In this document: in pieces, positions 29,538 through 38,830 of the stretch | How positions within the stretch are numbered: position 1 is the first letter of the stretch | How the letters are laid out: the number at the start of each line of letters is the position of its first letter | NCBI GenBank assembly: GCA_021159365.1 | Contig: JAGGRY010000001.1 | Coordinates: 7,543-71,542 of the forward strand | DNA from: Nitrososphaerota archaeon | Lineage (GTDB): Archaea > Thermoproteota > Nitrososphaeria_A > Caldarchaeales > Wolframiiraptoraceae | Direction: 5' to 3' | DNA length: 64,000 nucleotides | Program-made: the position numbers and the translations under genes | Notes under the pieces: model-generated | The model's input: only the letters and a program-made list of their open reading frames with translations | What the model was told of the DNA's origin: nothing | Databases searched by the model: none

Positions 29538-30248
29538 CTAAGCCTTTGCCTGGGAGAATGGCAGTACCTTTATCCCGAATGCTGGATCCACGTCGAAGCT
29601 CAGGGTTATCGAGGACGGCTTGACCGCTCCCTTAAGCTTTGGGACCTGTAATAATTTGACGATCTTATCTCCTATCTCCTTTATCGAGAGAATGAAGTGG
29701 ACATCGCATATAGATCTCATCCTAATCAGCATGTCTTGTTCAAAGGCATATGGATGAATTGTTATGAAGATGGATTTTTCGAGATCGTCGACTATGTTTC
29801 TGGCCTCGGTGAAGAAGTTCAAGATATCTTTCTCATCTGCGTAGGTTACGAGATAAGTGAGTGAATCTATAATGTATACGTCGAATCTATTCAGCCTTCT
29901 TATGGCCTTGATTATCATGTCGAGGAATTTTGACGCCAACTCCTTATCCCACTCCAAGTTCCTGACATGTAGCTCGAATATCTGGAGCTGACCTATTAGG
30001 AAGAAGTATTTCACGTCGAGCGTTATCTGTTCCATCGAGTTTATCAAGGCTTTAGTTCCAGTCTCCGTCGTTATGTAGAGAACCTTGAAACCTTGATTTA
30101 ATGCTCCATACGTGTATTGCTGGGATATTATGCTCTTTCCGCTGTCATTCGGCCCTTCTATCAAGCATAGGAATGGAGTCCTTAATGCTCCTATCTTTCT
30201 ATCTAATTCTCCATTCAAGGATTTTATGAACCGCTTTCTCCCTCTCAT
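29538..30248 (-). CDS. flaH: archaellum protein FlaH/ArlH (RecA/KaiC-like ATP-binding)
   Basis: Walker A GPNDSGKS, 236 aa, located between flaF/G and flaI. Confidence 0.8.
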   Translation of the reverse strand: MRGRKRFIKSLNGELDRKIGALRTPFLCLIEGPNDSGKSIISQQYTYGALNQGFKVLYITTETGTKALINSMEQITLDVKYFFLIGQLQIFELHVRNLEWDKELASKFLDMIIKAIRRLNRFDVYIIDSLTYLVTYADEKDILNFFTEARNIVDDLEKSIFITIHPYAFEQDMLIRMRSICDVHFILSIKEIGDKIVKLLQVPKLKGAVKPSSITLSFDVDPAFGIKVLPFSQAKA

Positions 30249-30781
30249 CTCGTTCTCACCCCATTCGGCGCAACCATTATCAACATGAATTCATCGGCTA
30301 TGTCCTGATCTCTACTTATCCAAGCTCTGATCGCTAAGCTCTCTTCATTGTCCCAGAATCCGCTTGACATGTCAGCAGTAACTGGATTCTTAAGCTCCTT
30401 GACTCCATGATATGTTATGTTTGATACACGCCATCCCCTTTCCAAATCCTCGCTTGGATTGTATGGTAGCCATTCAGCTCTAATACTTCCATTCGAGTTT
30501 CTATAGATCATTATCAGGTCTATCTCATCGAATTCCTTCACGGAGATCGAGCCTGCTCCCACATTCTTTATCACAGCCTCAATAGTTCTATTATCCCGAA
30601 GCTTCGTCATGGACTCTATCTCTAAATATCCCTTGCATCTTTCCCCGACTTTTTCCATAAATTTTATTCTCTCCATGAAGAGCTGATTATGCGTCGCCAT
30701 GGCTATCATCAAGTAGCCCATCGCGGCCAAGCTCGCAGCCGTTAAAACGGCTAGAACGATCAATCCTCCTAAACTTGACAT
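30245..30781 (-). CDS. flaF: archaellum protein FlaF/FlaG family (archaellin-like fold)
   Basis: An N-terminal hydrophobic helix followed by a predicted beta-rich domain of 178 aa, directly upstream of flaH as in crenarchaeal operons. Confidence 0.55.
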   Translation of the reverse strand: MSSLGGLIVLAVLTAASLAAMGYLMIAMATHNQLFMERIKFMEKVGERCKGYLEIESMTKLRDNRTIEAVIKNVGAGSISVKEFDEIDLIMIYRNSNGSIRAEWLPYNPSEDLERGWRVSNITYHGVKELKNPVTADMSSGFWDNEESLAIRAWISRDQDIADEFMLIMVAPNGVRTR

Positions 30782-30791
30782 TTTTTCACCC

Positions 30792-31280
30792 CTAAACTGA
30801 TAAATTATATTCTGACTCCGCTCCGTTGAATAGGATGAATTTCAAGTAGTAGTCTCCGCTGGTTAGCGATTCGCTGAGATGTGCCTCGACTTCGATGGTC
30901 TCTGATGGATCCCATCTACTATCATCATCCGAGTCATTCAGTAGCTTATAGTTCCAAGAATCGGCTGAATCTCCATAGAGCAGGTAATAGACCTTGTTCC
31001 TGCTTAAGATCATGATCTCGGATTTCTTGATAAGCTCTCTTGAAAGATCTTTAAAACCCGTATTCTTCACCCAAAGCTTGATCGTCGATGCCTCATCTGA
31101 GGAATGCGCGTAAATTATATCACATCTATAGTATAGTTGCTCCTTTAATCCCAGAACTTGAATTTTTTGGAGATCTGCGACTTGATTTAAGCTCGTGAAG
31201 TAGACTCCTGCTAGAGTTGCGGCGATAATTGTCGCTGCGACTGCTAAGGTGAACTCCGTCATTAAGGATCCTATGGGCAT
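30792..31280 (-). CDS. flaG: archaellum protein FlaG/FlaF family
   Basis: A prepilin-like N-terminus (MPIGSLMTEFTLAVAATIIAATLAG), 162 aa. Confidence 0.55.
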   Translation of the reverse strand: MPIGSLMTEFTLAVAATIIAATLAGVYFTSLNQVADLQKIQVLGLKEQLYYRCDIIYAHSSDEASTIKLWVKNTGFKDLSRELIKKSEIMILSRNKVYYLLYGDSADSWNYKLLNDSDDDSRWDPSETIEVEAHLSESLTSGDYYLKFILFNGAESEYNLSV

Positions 31281-31286
31281 CCTCGT

Positions 31287-31940
31287 TCACCTCTCTTTCT
31301 TCACCTTTATATCCGGCTGGATTAATCCGAGTAATAGTGCTGTGAAGAATTTGTCATCGTTTATTGACCCTAATATGCTGATGACGTATGCAGCTGCTAG
31401 AAGTGATTCATAGTTTAGCTGTCTAACCTCTGGGAGATAGATTCCCTGGAACTCCTCATGGTTCCTCAATAGGAAATCGACGGCGTCGCTTAACCTTTCC
31501 AAGACATCAGGTGGAGCAAGCTGCTTCACAATCCTAGATCTTAAGAACCTCAAGGTATTTTCACTTCCCAAAAGTCTTAGGAGAATGCATGCGCAAGCGA
31601 GGGATGCGAGGAGATTTGACATCCCACTCGGAGCTGGACTTATTTCCTGCTTCATGGAAACTTGCCTATAGTCGATTTTGGGAGAAGCCTTCTCTTCCTC
31701 CGGTCTTTCGATCTCCCTCACCACTCTCTCCTTGACGTCTCTTACATCTTCCCCGCTTCTCCTGAGCTTATCGAGTTCTAAGATGTTTGCAACATAGTTG
31801 AATGGGTTTTCAAGATTTGAGATTATTTCTCTAACATCCATCAGAGTTGTCTCTAGAGGTTCCTTCAATTTTCTTACTTCTTCCTCAAGCTCCTCTAATC
31901 GTTTCTTCAATGAAGGCTCCTCGCCATTACTCATCCTCAC
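31287..31940 (-). CDS. archaellum-operon coiled-coil protein (FlaX or FlaC/D/E-position candidate)
   Basis: 217 aa with an N-terminal coiled coil (KKRLEELEEEVRKLK...), occupying the FlaX position (upstream of flaG). Its start overlaps the end of the upstream ORF. Confidence 0.4.
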   Translation of the reverse strand: MRMSNGEEPSLKKRLEELEEEVRKLKEPLETTLMDVREIISNLENPFNYVANILELDKLRRSGEDVRDVKERVVREIERPEEEKASPKIDYRQVSMKQEISPAPSGMSNLLASLACACILLRLLGSENTLRFLRSRIVKQLAPPDVLERLSDAVDFLLRNHEEFQGIYLPEVRQLNYESLLAAAYVISILGSINDDKFFTALLLGLIQPDIKVKKER

Positions 31941-32460
31941 ACCTCCATATTCTCGAAGTCTCTTCTTCAGGAACTCCTCTTTTGAACTGAGCTGGAAGCT
32001 TTATGAGATACTCGTAAAATGCTTTAATCTCGCTTGAGGCATAGATTATCAACACTTCAGCGGTTTTTCCAACGACCCTTGAATAGAATTGATGAAGTAT
32101 GCCTCTAATCACGTATAGGAGGAAATTACCCCTTCGATTCGCGGTGTAGGCGCTGTTCGTCACCCGGCATATGAGCTCGACATTATTGTCAGATGGAATG
32201 GCTGTGAAGATCGCGATGTCTTTCACAAGCTTATAATTCTTCATGAAGTCTAGGAGAAATGCGTTCGCTGAGGTTAGATCACAGCTTTCTTCCTTCGGGT
32301 AAAGGTCGTAGATTTTATCCCCCAAAACTCTTCCAATCGCGAAGAAGACTATATTGGATACTTCCATTCCGAGGAACTCGGCCAAGTTATCTAGAAGGCT
32401 TAATATGCTCATGAGTTGCTCGAAAGCCTCTTGACCAATTCTGAAGTCTGCATCGCTCAT
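31927..32460 (-). CDS. hypothetical protein, first gene of the archaellum accessory operon
   Basis: 177 aa, cytoplasmic, divergently transcribed from the archaellin gene. No assignable motif. Confidence 0.35.
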   Translation of the reverse strand: MSDADFRIGQEAFEQLMSILSLLDNLAEFLGMEVSNIVFFAIGRVLGDKIYDLYPKEESCDLTSANAFLLDFMKNYKLVKDIAIFTAIPSDNNVELICRVTNSAYTANRRGNFLLYVIRGILHQFYSRVVGKTAEVLIIYASSEIKAFYEYLIKLPAQFKRGVPEEETSRIWRCEDE

Positions 32461-32569
32461 TCTAATACCACCTCAAGCATTCATAAATAATTGAGATTAG
32501 AGACCTAAATATGTTTCGAATTTTATTAAGGTAAGACAAAGTTTATTAATATGTATTATTCAGATAGTA

Positions 32570-33181
32570 TTGATGAAGGTGAGGCGGAATCCAAGAGTAA
32601 GATTGAGGAGGATGGCGAGGAGGGGGCTAACAGGTCTTGAGACAGCGATAATCTTAATCGCCTTCGTGATAGTCGCGGCCGCCTTCGCATTCGCGGTCTT
32701 GAACCTCGGATTTTCCTCAACTCAGAAGAGCGGAGAGGTCTTAAAGGCTGGATTAGAGGAAGCAACTTCTAGCGTAGAGCTCGCGGGCTCGGTCATAGCT
32801 ATGGGCGCAAATACGACGAACGGAGTGAAGGTTGAAAACTTCACCATATACATTAAGACGGCTGTTGGGAAGAGGCCGGTTGATATGAGTGAACAGACTC
32901 TCGTGATCTCCTATCTAGATCCATATAAGGCGGTTGATAAGCTGACCCGCGGAACCGAAGTCGATGTTGAGGAGATTCAAGGAGATGGAGATACTTTATT
33001 GGAGTATGGAGAGGTCTTTAAGATAGTGATCCATGTAGACCAGATCTATAATGGAATCGATAACGTCCAGCTTCAGCCAAACGACGTGATCTCGATCGAG
33101 ATAAAGCCCTCTACAGGCTCCATTCTAAAAGTCGAGAGAATGCTTCCACCGGCCATCGATTGCGTGATGGACTTGGCATGA
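32570..33181 (+). CDS. flaB: archaellin (crenarchaeal FlaB/ArlB type) with class III signal peptide
   Basis: RRG|LTGLETAIILIAFVIVAAAFAFAVLNLGFSSTQKS closely matches Sulfolobus FlaB (KGLAGLDTAIILIAFII...). An AT-rich promoter with a TATA-like TTTATTAATA lies about 25 nt upstream. Confidence 0.85.
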   Translation: MMKVRRNPRVRLRRMARRGLTGLETAIILIAFVIVAAAFAFAVLNLGFSSTQKSGEVLKAGLEEATSSVELAGSVIAMGANTTNGVKVENFTIYIKTAVGKRPVDMSEQTLVISYLDPYKAVDKLTRGTEVDVEEIQGDGDTLLEYGEVFKIVIHVDQIYNGIDNVQLQPNDVISIEIKPSTGSILKVERMLPPAIDCVMDLA

Positions 33182-33338
33182 CCCTCCTCCAATCCTCCTC
33201 TAAACTCTCTCACCTTTTTCTCAGCCTCTTCATCTTCGAGATATAAGCAAACTTAAATAGAGTTCATATTTGATTAGCGTTGAAGTACATAAAGATGAAA
33301 ATTGGGGAGGAATTGATTTGAGTCTTGGACCGCCTTCG

Positions 33339-34463
33339 ATGAAGTACATCATTGAGGCCAGAATAGAGGTCGATGGTGTCGTTGATAGAAACGATATCGT
33401 GGGAGCGATCTTCGGGCAAACTGAGGGATTATTCAGCAGTGAACTCGATTTGAGAGAACTTCAAAAGAGTGGGAGAATTGGGAGAATAGAGATCTCCGCG
33501 AGCCCTCAAGGCGAGAAGACCATTGGAAAAATCACGGTTCCATCGGCCCTAGACAAGTATTCAACGGCCTTAATAGCGGCCATGATCGAGAGCATCGAGA
33601 GAGTAGGCCCCTATGCGGCGCGAGTCAAGATCGAGAGAATCTATGATATTAGGGCTGAGAAGAGGAAGAAGATCGTTGAGAGAGCGAGGACAATCCTCTA
33701 TGAATGGGAGAAGAGCAAGCTTCCAGAAGATGACATGATCTTGAAAGAGCTTGAAGAAGCCCTCCTAAAGGCAAGAGTCATAGAATATGGTCCAGACAAG
33801 CTTCCAGCGGGTCCAGAAGTGGGTAAGAGTGAGGAGCTGATAATAGTTGAGGGTAGAGCTGATGTAATAAATCTCCTAAGACATGGTTATAGAAACGCTG
33901 TAGCAGTTGAGGGAGTCAAGATTCCTAGAACCATTAAGGATCTCTCAGCCAAGAAGAAAAAGGTCATAGCGTTTCTCGATGGAGATAGAGGTGGAGACCT
34001 TATCTTAAGCGAGCTTCAAAGAGCTGGAGTGAAAGTAGACTTAGTTGCAAGAGCTCCTTATGGGAGAGAAGTCGAGGGATTGACTGGAAAAGAGATTTCC
34101 GATGCCTTACACCACGCCATCCCATTCGATGAGGCCATAAGGAGGCTTAAGATCCCAAAGGAAGTCCCACAGCTCCCGGAGAAAGTGAGAGAATACGCTA
34201 AAGAAGTTGAAGGAAAGCTGATGGCCATCATCCTGAACAGCGATGTTCAAGAAGTTGAGAGAGTTCCAGTCAGCGAGCTGGCTCAAAGACTTCAGGAATT
34301 GAGGGATCAAGCCAAATACGTCGTATTCGACGGAGTGATAACCCAAAGACTTGTAGATATACTATCTGAGGTAGGGATCGATGTATATCTGGTGGGAGTG
34401 AGGGTTGGAGAGATCTCAAAACCCTCGGAGAGAGTTCACATAATTACCTTTGACAATCTCTAG
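33339..34463 (+). CDS. dnaG: archaeal DnaG-like primase / exosome-associated TOPRIM protein
   Basis: The MKYIIEARIEVDGVV...IFGQTEGL N-terminus, and TOPRIM IIVEGRADVINLL...DGDRGGD. The start was moved to ATG 33339. Confidence 0.8.
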   Translation: MKYIIEARIEVDGVVDRNDIVGAIFGQTEGLFSSELDLRELQKSGRIGRIEISASPQGEKTIGKITVPSALDKYSTALIAAMIESIERVGPYAARVKIERIYDIRAEKRKKIVERARTILYEWEKSKLPEDDMILKELEEALLKARVIEYGPDKLPAGPEVGKSEELIIVEGRADVINLLRHGYRNAVAVEGVKIPRTIKDLSAKKKKVIAFLDGDRGGDLILSELQRAGVKVDLVARAPYGREVEGLTGKEISDALHHAIPFDEAIRRLKIPKEVPQLPEKVREYAKEVEGKLMAIILNSDVQEVERVPVSELAQRLQELRDQAKYVVFDGVITQRLVDILSEVGIDVYLVGVRVGEISKPSERVHIITFDNL

Positions 34464-35551
34464 CCAACCATATCCCTTAATGGGAGAGGATATCTGAGGA
34501 AGGCCACTACCCCACCGAAGCCCATGATCTTCTCAGATGCTTCCAATCCATCTAAGAGGACTTGCAGATCGAGTTTTCCTCTCTCAGCGGCTCCAAGCAA
34601 CTTATCCAAATCTTCATCAATTATATGATCCCAAAGAAAACCTTCGGAGACCAGTATCTTCTCAACCGCTCCAAGCTTCCAAGCCTCTAATACCTCTCTG
34701 AATCCAAGCGCGACCTTCTCCGGATTCCTCGACATCTGTTTGATAAATCTCTCCACCTCCACCGAGTCTCTAATGGGCTTCAGTAAATCCGCTAAATCCT
34801 TCAGGATCCCTGATCTCATGGCCTCTCTAATTCCATCCTCTCCGCCCACTGATGAATGATAAATCCTCTTAACCCTTTTCAGGATAGATTTTTCAGAATT
34901 CTTTAAGAAGTTCATGAAGTCGTCGACGAATATCTTTGGCCCAATTATGACGGCGTTTGATTCCTTATTCCTCGAGAAATAATCTTTCAAAGTCGAAACC
35001 ACGTCCTCGAATATCCGCTTGATCTCCCGTTCTCCCCATGAGATGGATTTATCGGTTGATGGAAAAGTCTTCGAGTAAAGCTTGTTTAACCCCGTTCCCG
35101 TGAACTCCGCGACTGCAACCCTCTCGTCATCGATTGAGATGCAGAGCATTCTCTGGCCTCTCCTACGGCCAGCATAACTCGATGCAAACGCTTTAAGCCT
35201 CTCAAACTCCTTTTGACTCCTAATCACCAATTCAATTCCAGGATAAAGATGTATTGTGTGATGTTTCCCAAGTAAATCGAGAGGCTTGCTCTCATAGATT
35301 ATTCTGCCGGCGAAGCTTATCCTCTTCATTAACGGATCTACCGTCTTTCCCTCAACTTCTATACCCAATGTAACTCGAACTCTCTCACTATCAACTTTCC
35401 CACTGATCCTCTCTTTCTTAATCTCTCTACTAGTCTCAGAATAGATCTCATATCCAATTTTGACGAGCCTGAAGATATTAAGTAGATCGAGTCCAGATTC
35501 AGGCATCAATTTGATCGATCTCTTCAACGGGTTGACATCTTTTACTATCAA
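34460..35551 (-). CDS. pelA: Pelota (Dom34) mRNA surveillance / ribosome rescue factor
   Basis: 363 aa with an eRF1-like three-domain layout. The N-terminal beta-barrel region begins MIVKDVN..., and the C-terminal domain is eRF1-domain-3-like. Confidence 0.7.
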   Translation of the reverse strand: MIVKDVNPLKRSIKLMPESGLDLLNIFRLVKIGYEIYSETSREIKKERISGKVDSERVRVTLGIEVEGKTVDPLMKRISFAGRIIYESKPLDLLGKHHTIHLYPGIELVIRSQKEFERLKAFASSYAGRRRGQRMLCISIDDERVAVAEFTGTGLNKLYSKTFPSTDKSISWGEREIKRIFEDVVSTLKDYFSRNKESNAVIIGPKIFVDDFMNFLKNSEKSILKRVKRIYHSSVGGEDGIREAMRSGILKDLADLLKPIRDSVEVERFIKQMSRNPEKVALGFREVLEAWKLGAVEKILVSEGFLWDHIIDEDLDKLLGAAERGKLDLQVLLDGLEASEKIMGFGGVVAFLRYPLPLRDMVG

Positions 35552-35630
35552 TTCAACTCGATATATCCATAACCAGAATTTATGGCTACCGAGAAAACAT
35601 TATCACCTATAAGATCCAAGATCCTCCGGG

Positions 35631-36317
35631 TTGAGCTATAGGGAGGTTGTTTACGATGAGAATCGGTGGCGGCTGCTTAGAAGTCTTAGGGAGAAGGCTT
35701 TAAAGCTCATGAAGCCTCTCGCCGACCATGGCCTTAACCCAATAATTTACGGAAGTATAGCGAGGGGAGATGTTAGGGATGACAGCGATATAGACATCTT
35801 CATCCAATATCCTGTAAGCTCGGCAATGGTCGAGCTCTATCTTCAAGAATACGGTATCAAGCCGATGGAGAGGCTGCTGATCCAGGCCACGCCCAGCCAC
35901 GTTCCAAAAGCATATCTAGTCATCGACGAGCTCACATCGATCTCATTTCCCTTATGTAGGATGAGGTCGGATGAGTTAGGCTTCTATAAGCTTGCAGGCA
36001 GAGTAGAATATGGGGAGCTAAAGGCTAATCGAAGGGTTCCGGGGATGAATAAGCAGCTCATTCTTATAATCCCGACTCTGAGAGGCCATGAAGAACTACC
36101 AGTTGAGCATAACGTCGAGGAAGCCGCCAAGATCCTAGGAGTCGACCCCACAACCCTCAGAAATAGGGTTAGAGTTCTTAAGAGAAGGAGAGAGCTTGGA
36201 AGAACCGGCGTTTATAGAAAGCTTGAAATCCCACAAGATAAGACCTTTGAGGAAGTCTTTGAAGAGATCTTGGCTAGAGACCCCGCCCTCAGAAGAAGGC
36301 TTAGAACTGTGGGATAA
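35631..36317 (+). CDS. Pol-beta-type nucleotidyltransferase domain protein with C-terminal HTH-like tail
   Basis: YGSIARGDVRDDSDIDIFI is the G[SG]...D.D NTase signature. The C-terminal AAKILGVDPTTLRNRVRVLKRRR is HTH-like. Confidence 0.5.
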   Translation: MSYREVVYDENRWRLLRSLREKALKLMKPLADHGLNPIIYGSIARGDVRDDSDIDIFIQYPVSSAMVELYLQEYGIKPMERLLIQATPSHVPKAYLVIDELTSISFPLCRMRSDELGFYKLAGRVEYGELKANRRVPGMNKQLILIIPTLRGHEELPVEHNVEEAAKILGVDPTTLRNRVRVLKRRRELGRTGVYRKLEIPQDKTFEEVFEEILARDPALRRRLRTVG

Positions 36318-36384
36318 TACGATCCCAAATAAGGAAGGATGGTAAACTGCTTTATAGGATTGTGAATAAGCTCTTAAGAGGGTC

Positions 36385-37824
36385 TTGAAGGTTCTCTTGA
36401 TCTCACCACCCGCACAGTCGATAGTCAAGCAGGTAGTAGGTGCAACCGCGCCTCCACTGGGCTTGGCCTATCTAGCCTCAATTGCCAGAGATCTTGGATG
36501 TGATGTGAGGATAATGGATTCCTTGGCCGAGGACCTCACGCTCAGAGAGATCAGGGCCAGGATCAAGAAATTCTATCCAGACTTGGTGGGGGTGACCGCG
36601 ACAACATCGATGATCTACGACGCCTACGACGTGGCCGCTGTCGCGAAGGAAGTTAACCCCAACGCCCTAGTGATGATCGGAGGGCCTCATGCAACCTTCA
36701 TGGCCTCCGAAGTTCTCCAAGAATGTAAGCACATTGATGTGGTGGTGAGGGGTGAGGGGGAGTTGACTTTCAGAGAACTCTTGATGAAACTCATGAAAGG
36801 CAACCGAGATTTCAGAGAAATCTTGGGGATAACTTATAGGGTGGATAATGGAGTGAGGGAGAATCCACCGAGACCGCTTATACGAAACCTAGACGATGTT
36901 CCGCTTCCAGCCTACGATCTCCTTCCGATGGATAGGTATAGGGTTGGGAAGCTGAAGTTTGGGGCGATAATAACCTCTAGGGGATGCCCATATACGTGTA
37001 TCTTCTGCTCTTCTTCTCTTCAATTTGGCAAGAAGTGGAGAGCGCACAGCGCTGAGAGGGTTTTAGAGGAGCTTAGGATCATGAGGTACGAGTATGGAAG
37101 GCAGGAGATCGAGTTCCTAGACGACACATTCACGTTAAATAAGAAGAGAGCTATCGCAATAGCTGAAAAGATTGTTGAAGAGGGCCTGGATATATCTTGG
37201 TCGGCTTCATCTAGAGTAAACACGTTCAGCCGCGAAGTCGGCTCCGCGATGGCTAGGGCTGGATCGCATACAGTCTATTTTGGAATTGAATCTGGATCTG
37301 AGCGGACTTTAAAGTTCATAGATAAGAGGATTACGACGGAGCAGGCCATGGATGCGACGAGGGCGGCCAAGGAATGTGGACTAAGAGCCTTGGGATCCTT
37401 CATCATAGGATTCCCATATGAGACCGAGGAGGATATCAGGAAGACCATAAAGTTCTCAAATAGGGTTGGAGTGGATCTCGCTCAATTCACGATAGCGACC
37501 CCATATCCGGGAACAAAGCTCTGGGATCTAGCGATTAAAGAAAACCTCTTATTGACAAGAAATTGGAGGAAGTTCACAACAGTCGACGTTGTCATGAAGA
37601 ACCTCTATCTCACGCCTGAGAAGATCAAGAAACTCTTTCTCTGGGCATATCTAAACTTCTATCTAAACCCGAAGCACGCCCTAGAGGATCTCATAAGGAA
37701 TAAAGGATTTATCTTGAGGAGAGCCGTACCTGCGGCCTTCAGATTCCTTAAGAATAGTCTCCTCAGCTTAATTAGGGGAAGATATGTCTGGCTTAAGACC
37801 GAGGAATCTCTAGAGACATACTAA
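36385..37824 (+). CDS. B12-binding domain radical SAM protein
   Basis: An N-terminal cobalamin-binding Rossmann-like domain and a radical SAM CPYTCIFCSS (CxxxCxxC), 479 aa. Confidence 0.75.
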   Translation: MKVLLISPPAQSIVKQVVGATAPPLGLAYLASIARDLGCDVRIMDSLAEDLTLREIRARIKKFYPDLVGVTATTSMIYDAYDVAAVAKEVNPNALVMIGGPHATFMASEVLQECKHIDVVVRGEGELTFRELLMKLMKGNRDFREILGITYRVDNGVRENPPRPLIRNLDDVPLPAYDLLPMDRYRVGKLKFGAIITSRGCPYTCIFCSSSLQFGKKWRAHSAERVLEELRIMRYEYGRQEIEFLDDTFTLNKKRAIAIAEKIVEEGLDISWSASSRVNTFSREVGSAMARAGSHTVYFGIESGSERTLKFIDKRITTEQAMDATRAAKECGLRALGSFIIGFPYETEEDIRKTIKFSNRVGVDLAQFTIATPYPGTKLWDLAIKENLLLTRNWRKFTTVDVVMKNLYLTPEKIKKLFLWAYLNFYLNPKHALEDLIRNKGFILRRAVPAAFRFLKNSLLSLIRGRYVWLKTEESLETY

Positions 37825-37853
37825 TAAGGACTCTTTGGATAAGAATCTCTGGG

Positions 37854-38219
37854 ATGGCCTCGGAAGAGGATGATTATATGAAGCGAATGGTTGACGCCCT
37901 CAGAAGTGGAGCTAAGATGCTCTCAGAGCAATGTCCAATATGCAAGAGCCCCCTCTTCGAGATAAATGGCCAGCTTTGGTGCTTGAAATGTAATAAGAGG
38001 GTTATAAAAGTCCATGGAGACGAGGAAGTCGGTGAAGCCTTAACAACGTATACCCTTTCACAAACCCATGAGATCCTGGCTGCCAAGATCGAGGAGATAA
38101 CTGTTCAGCTTTCAAGAGCCGTAGATGTAGAGGAGATTAGAAAAATGGCTGAAACCCTCAGCATACTCCTAAAAACCCTAGAACAATGCGTGAAGCTAAA
38201 AGAGGAGCTCACAGGTTAA
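37854..38219 (+). CDS. zinc-ribbon protein (UPF0148 / autoantigen-p27-like)
   Basis: CPICKSPLFEINGQLWCLKCNKR zinc ribbon followed by a helical tail. Confidence 0.5.
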   Translation: MASEEDDYMKRMVDALRSGAKMLSEQCPICKSPLFEINGQLWCLKCNKRVIKVHGDEEVGEALTTYTLSQTHEILAAKIEEITVQLSRAVDVEEIRKMAETLSILLKTLEQCVKLKEELTG

Positions 38220-38498
38220 CAAGAAAAAGATAACATGTTCACATCGATAAAAAGAAGAAAACTTATCAAATAATTGACGGGGATCTCTATAGTATTACCA
38301 AGGGAATTCCATTTTGATATCTGGAGAACTTGTGAAAATATGAGAACAATTATATTAGGGGTCTCCGGCCATGAAGCTTTATCATAATCTTAGAAAAATG
38401 GCCTATGTTAAGTAAAAAATAATCATAAAAAAGCATGAAAGATGAGTTTAGGAAAACATCGAAGTAGGTATAGCTAGAAGAATAGCAGCTCTCTACAG

Positions 38499-38527
38499 CA
38501 CACCCCTCAATTTCCGATGGAGAAAAG
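38499..38527 (-). promoter_or_regulatory. origin recognition box ORB1
   Basis: cacacccctcaatTTCCgaTGGAgAAAag, a G-string plus dyad core. It is a 28-bp near-identical copy of ORB3. Confidence 0.65.
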
Positions 38528-38530
38528 TTA

Positions 38531-38556
38531 TTTTCCAGTGGAAACGGTGGGGTATG
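38531..38556 (+). promoter_or_regulatory. origin recognition box ORB2 (inverted relative to ORB1)
   Basis: tTTTCCAGTGGAAACggtgggg, an exact canonical archaeal ORB core followed by a G-string. Confidence 0.75.
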
Positions 38557-38560
38557 CCTC

Positions 38561-38576
38561 ATTTCCTGTGAAAAGC
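38561..38576 (+). promoter_or_regulatory. mini-ORB-like element
   Basis: aTTTCCtGTGaAAAg, a degenerate dyad core. Confidence 0.35.
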
Positions 38577-38680
38577 TTGAATCAACAGATATTTTATGAA
38601 AAAGACGGGGAAAATAGCTTAATTCATGTCACTTCACATGATTGTTCTACAGTCTGTGAAAAAAATTCCCGATCGTCAGA

Positions 38681-38709
38681 CACACCCCTTAATTTCCACT
38701 GGAAAACTG
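38681..38709 (-). promoter_or_regulatory. origin recognition box ORB3
   Basis: cacaccccttaaTTTCCActGGAAAActg. It lies 182 bp from ORB1 in the same orientation and flanks an AT-rich segment (38581-38670). Confidence 0.7.
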
Positions 38710-38830
38710 CGGGCAAAAACCGCCTATTGAAAATGTAAAGAGTGATCAATATTTCTTGAAAAAATCTCTAGGATAATAGTGAGTTCAATTCAATATTGTT
38801 CAGCGGATAGATATACAAGGGGCTAATTCG

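Larger units (their letters stand above)
38220..38830. other. chromosomal replication origin (oriC) with ORB elements and AT-rich DUE, upstream of orc1/cdc6
   Basis: A 610-bp non-coding AT-rich region carrying ORB-type repeats with the TTCCAGTGGAAAC core. See the individual ORB entries. Confidence 0.75.

Noticed and set aside
38517-38738. A 73-aa ORF overlapping the ORB repeats.
   Set aside because: It spans the origin recognition boxes and AT-rich spacer, and its reading frame merely translates the ORB dyads (FPVETVG...). No coding signal.
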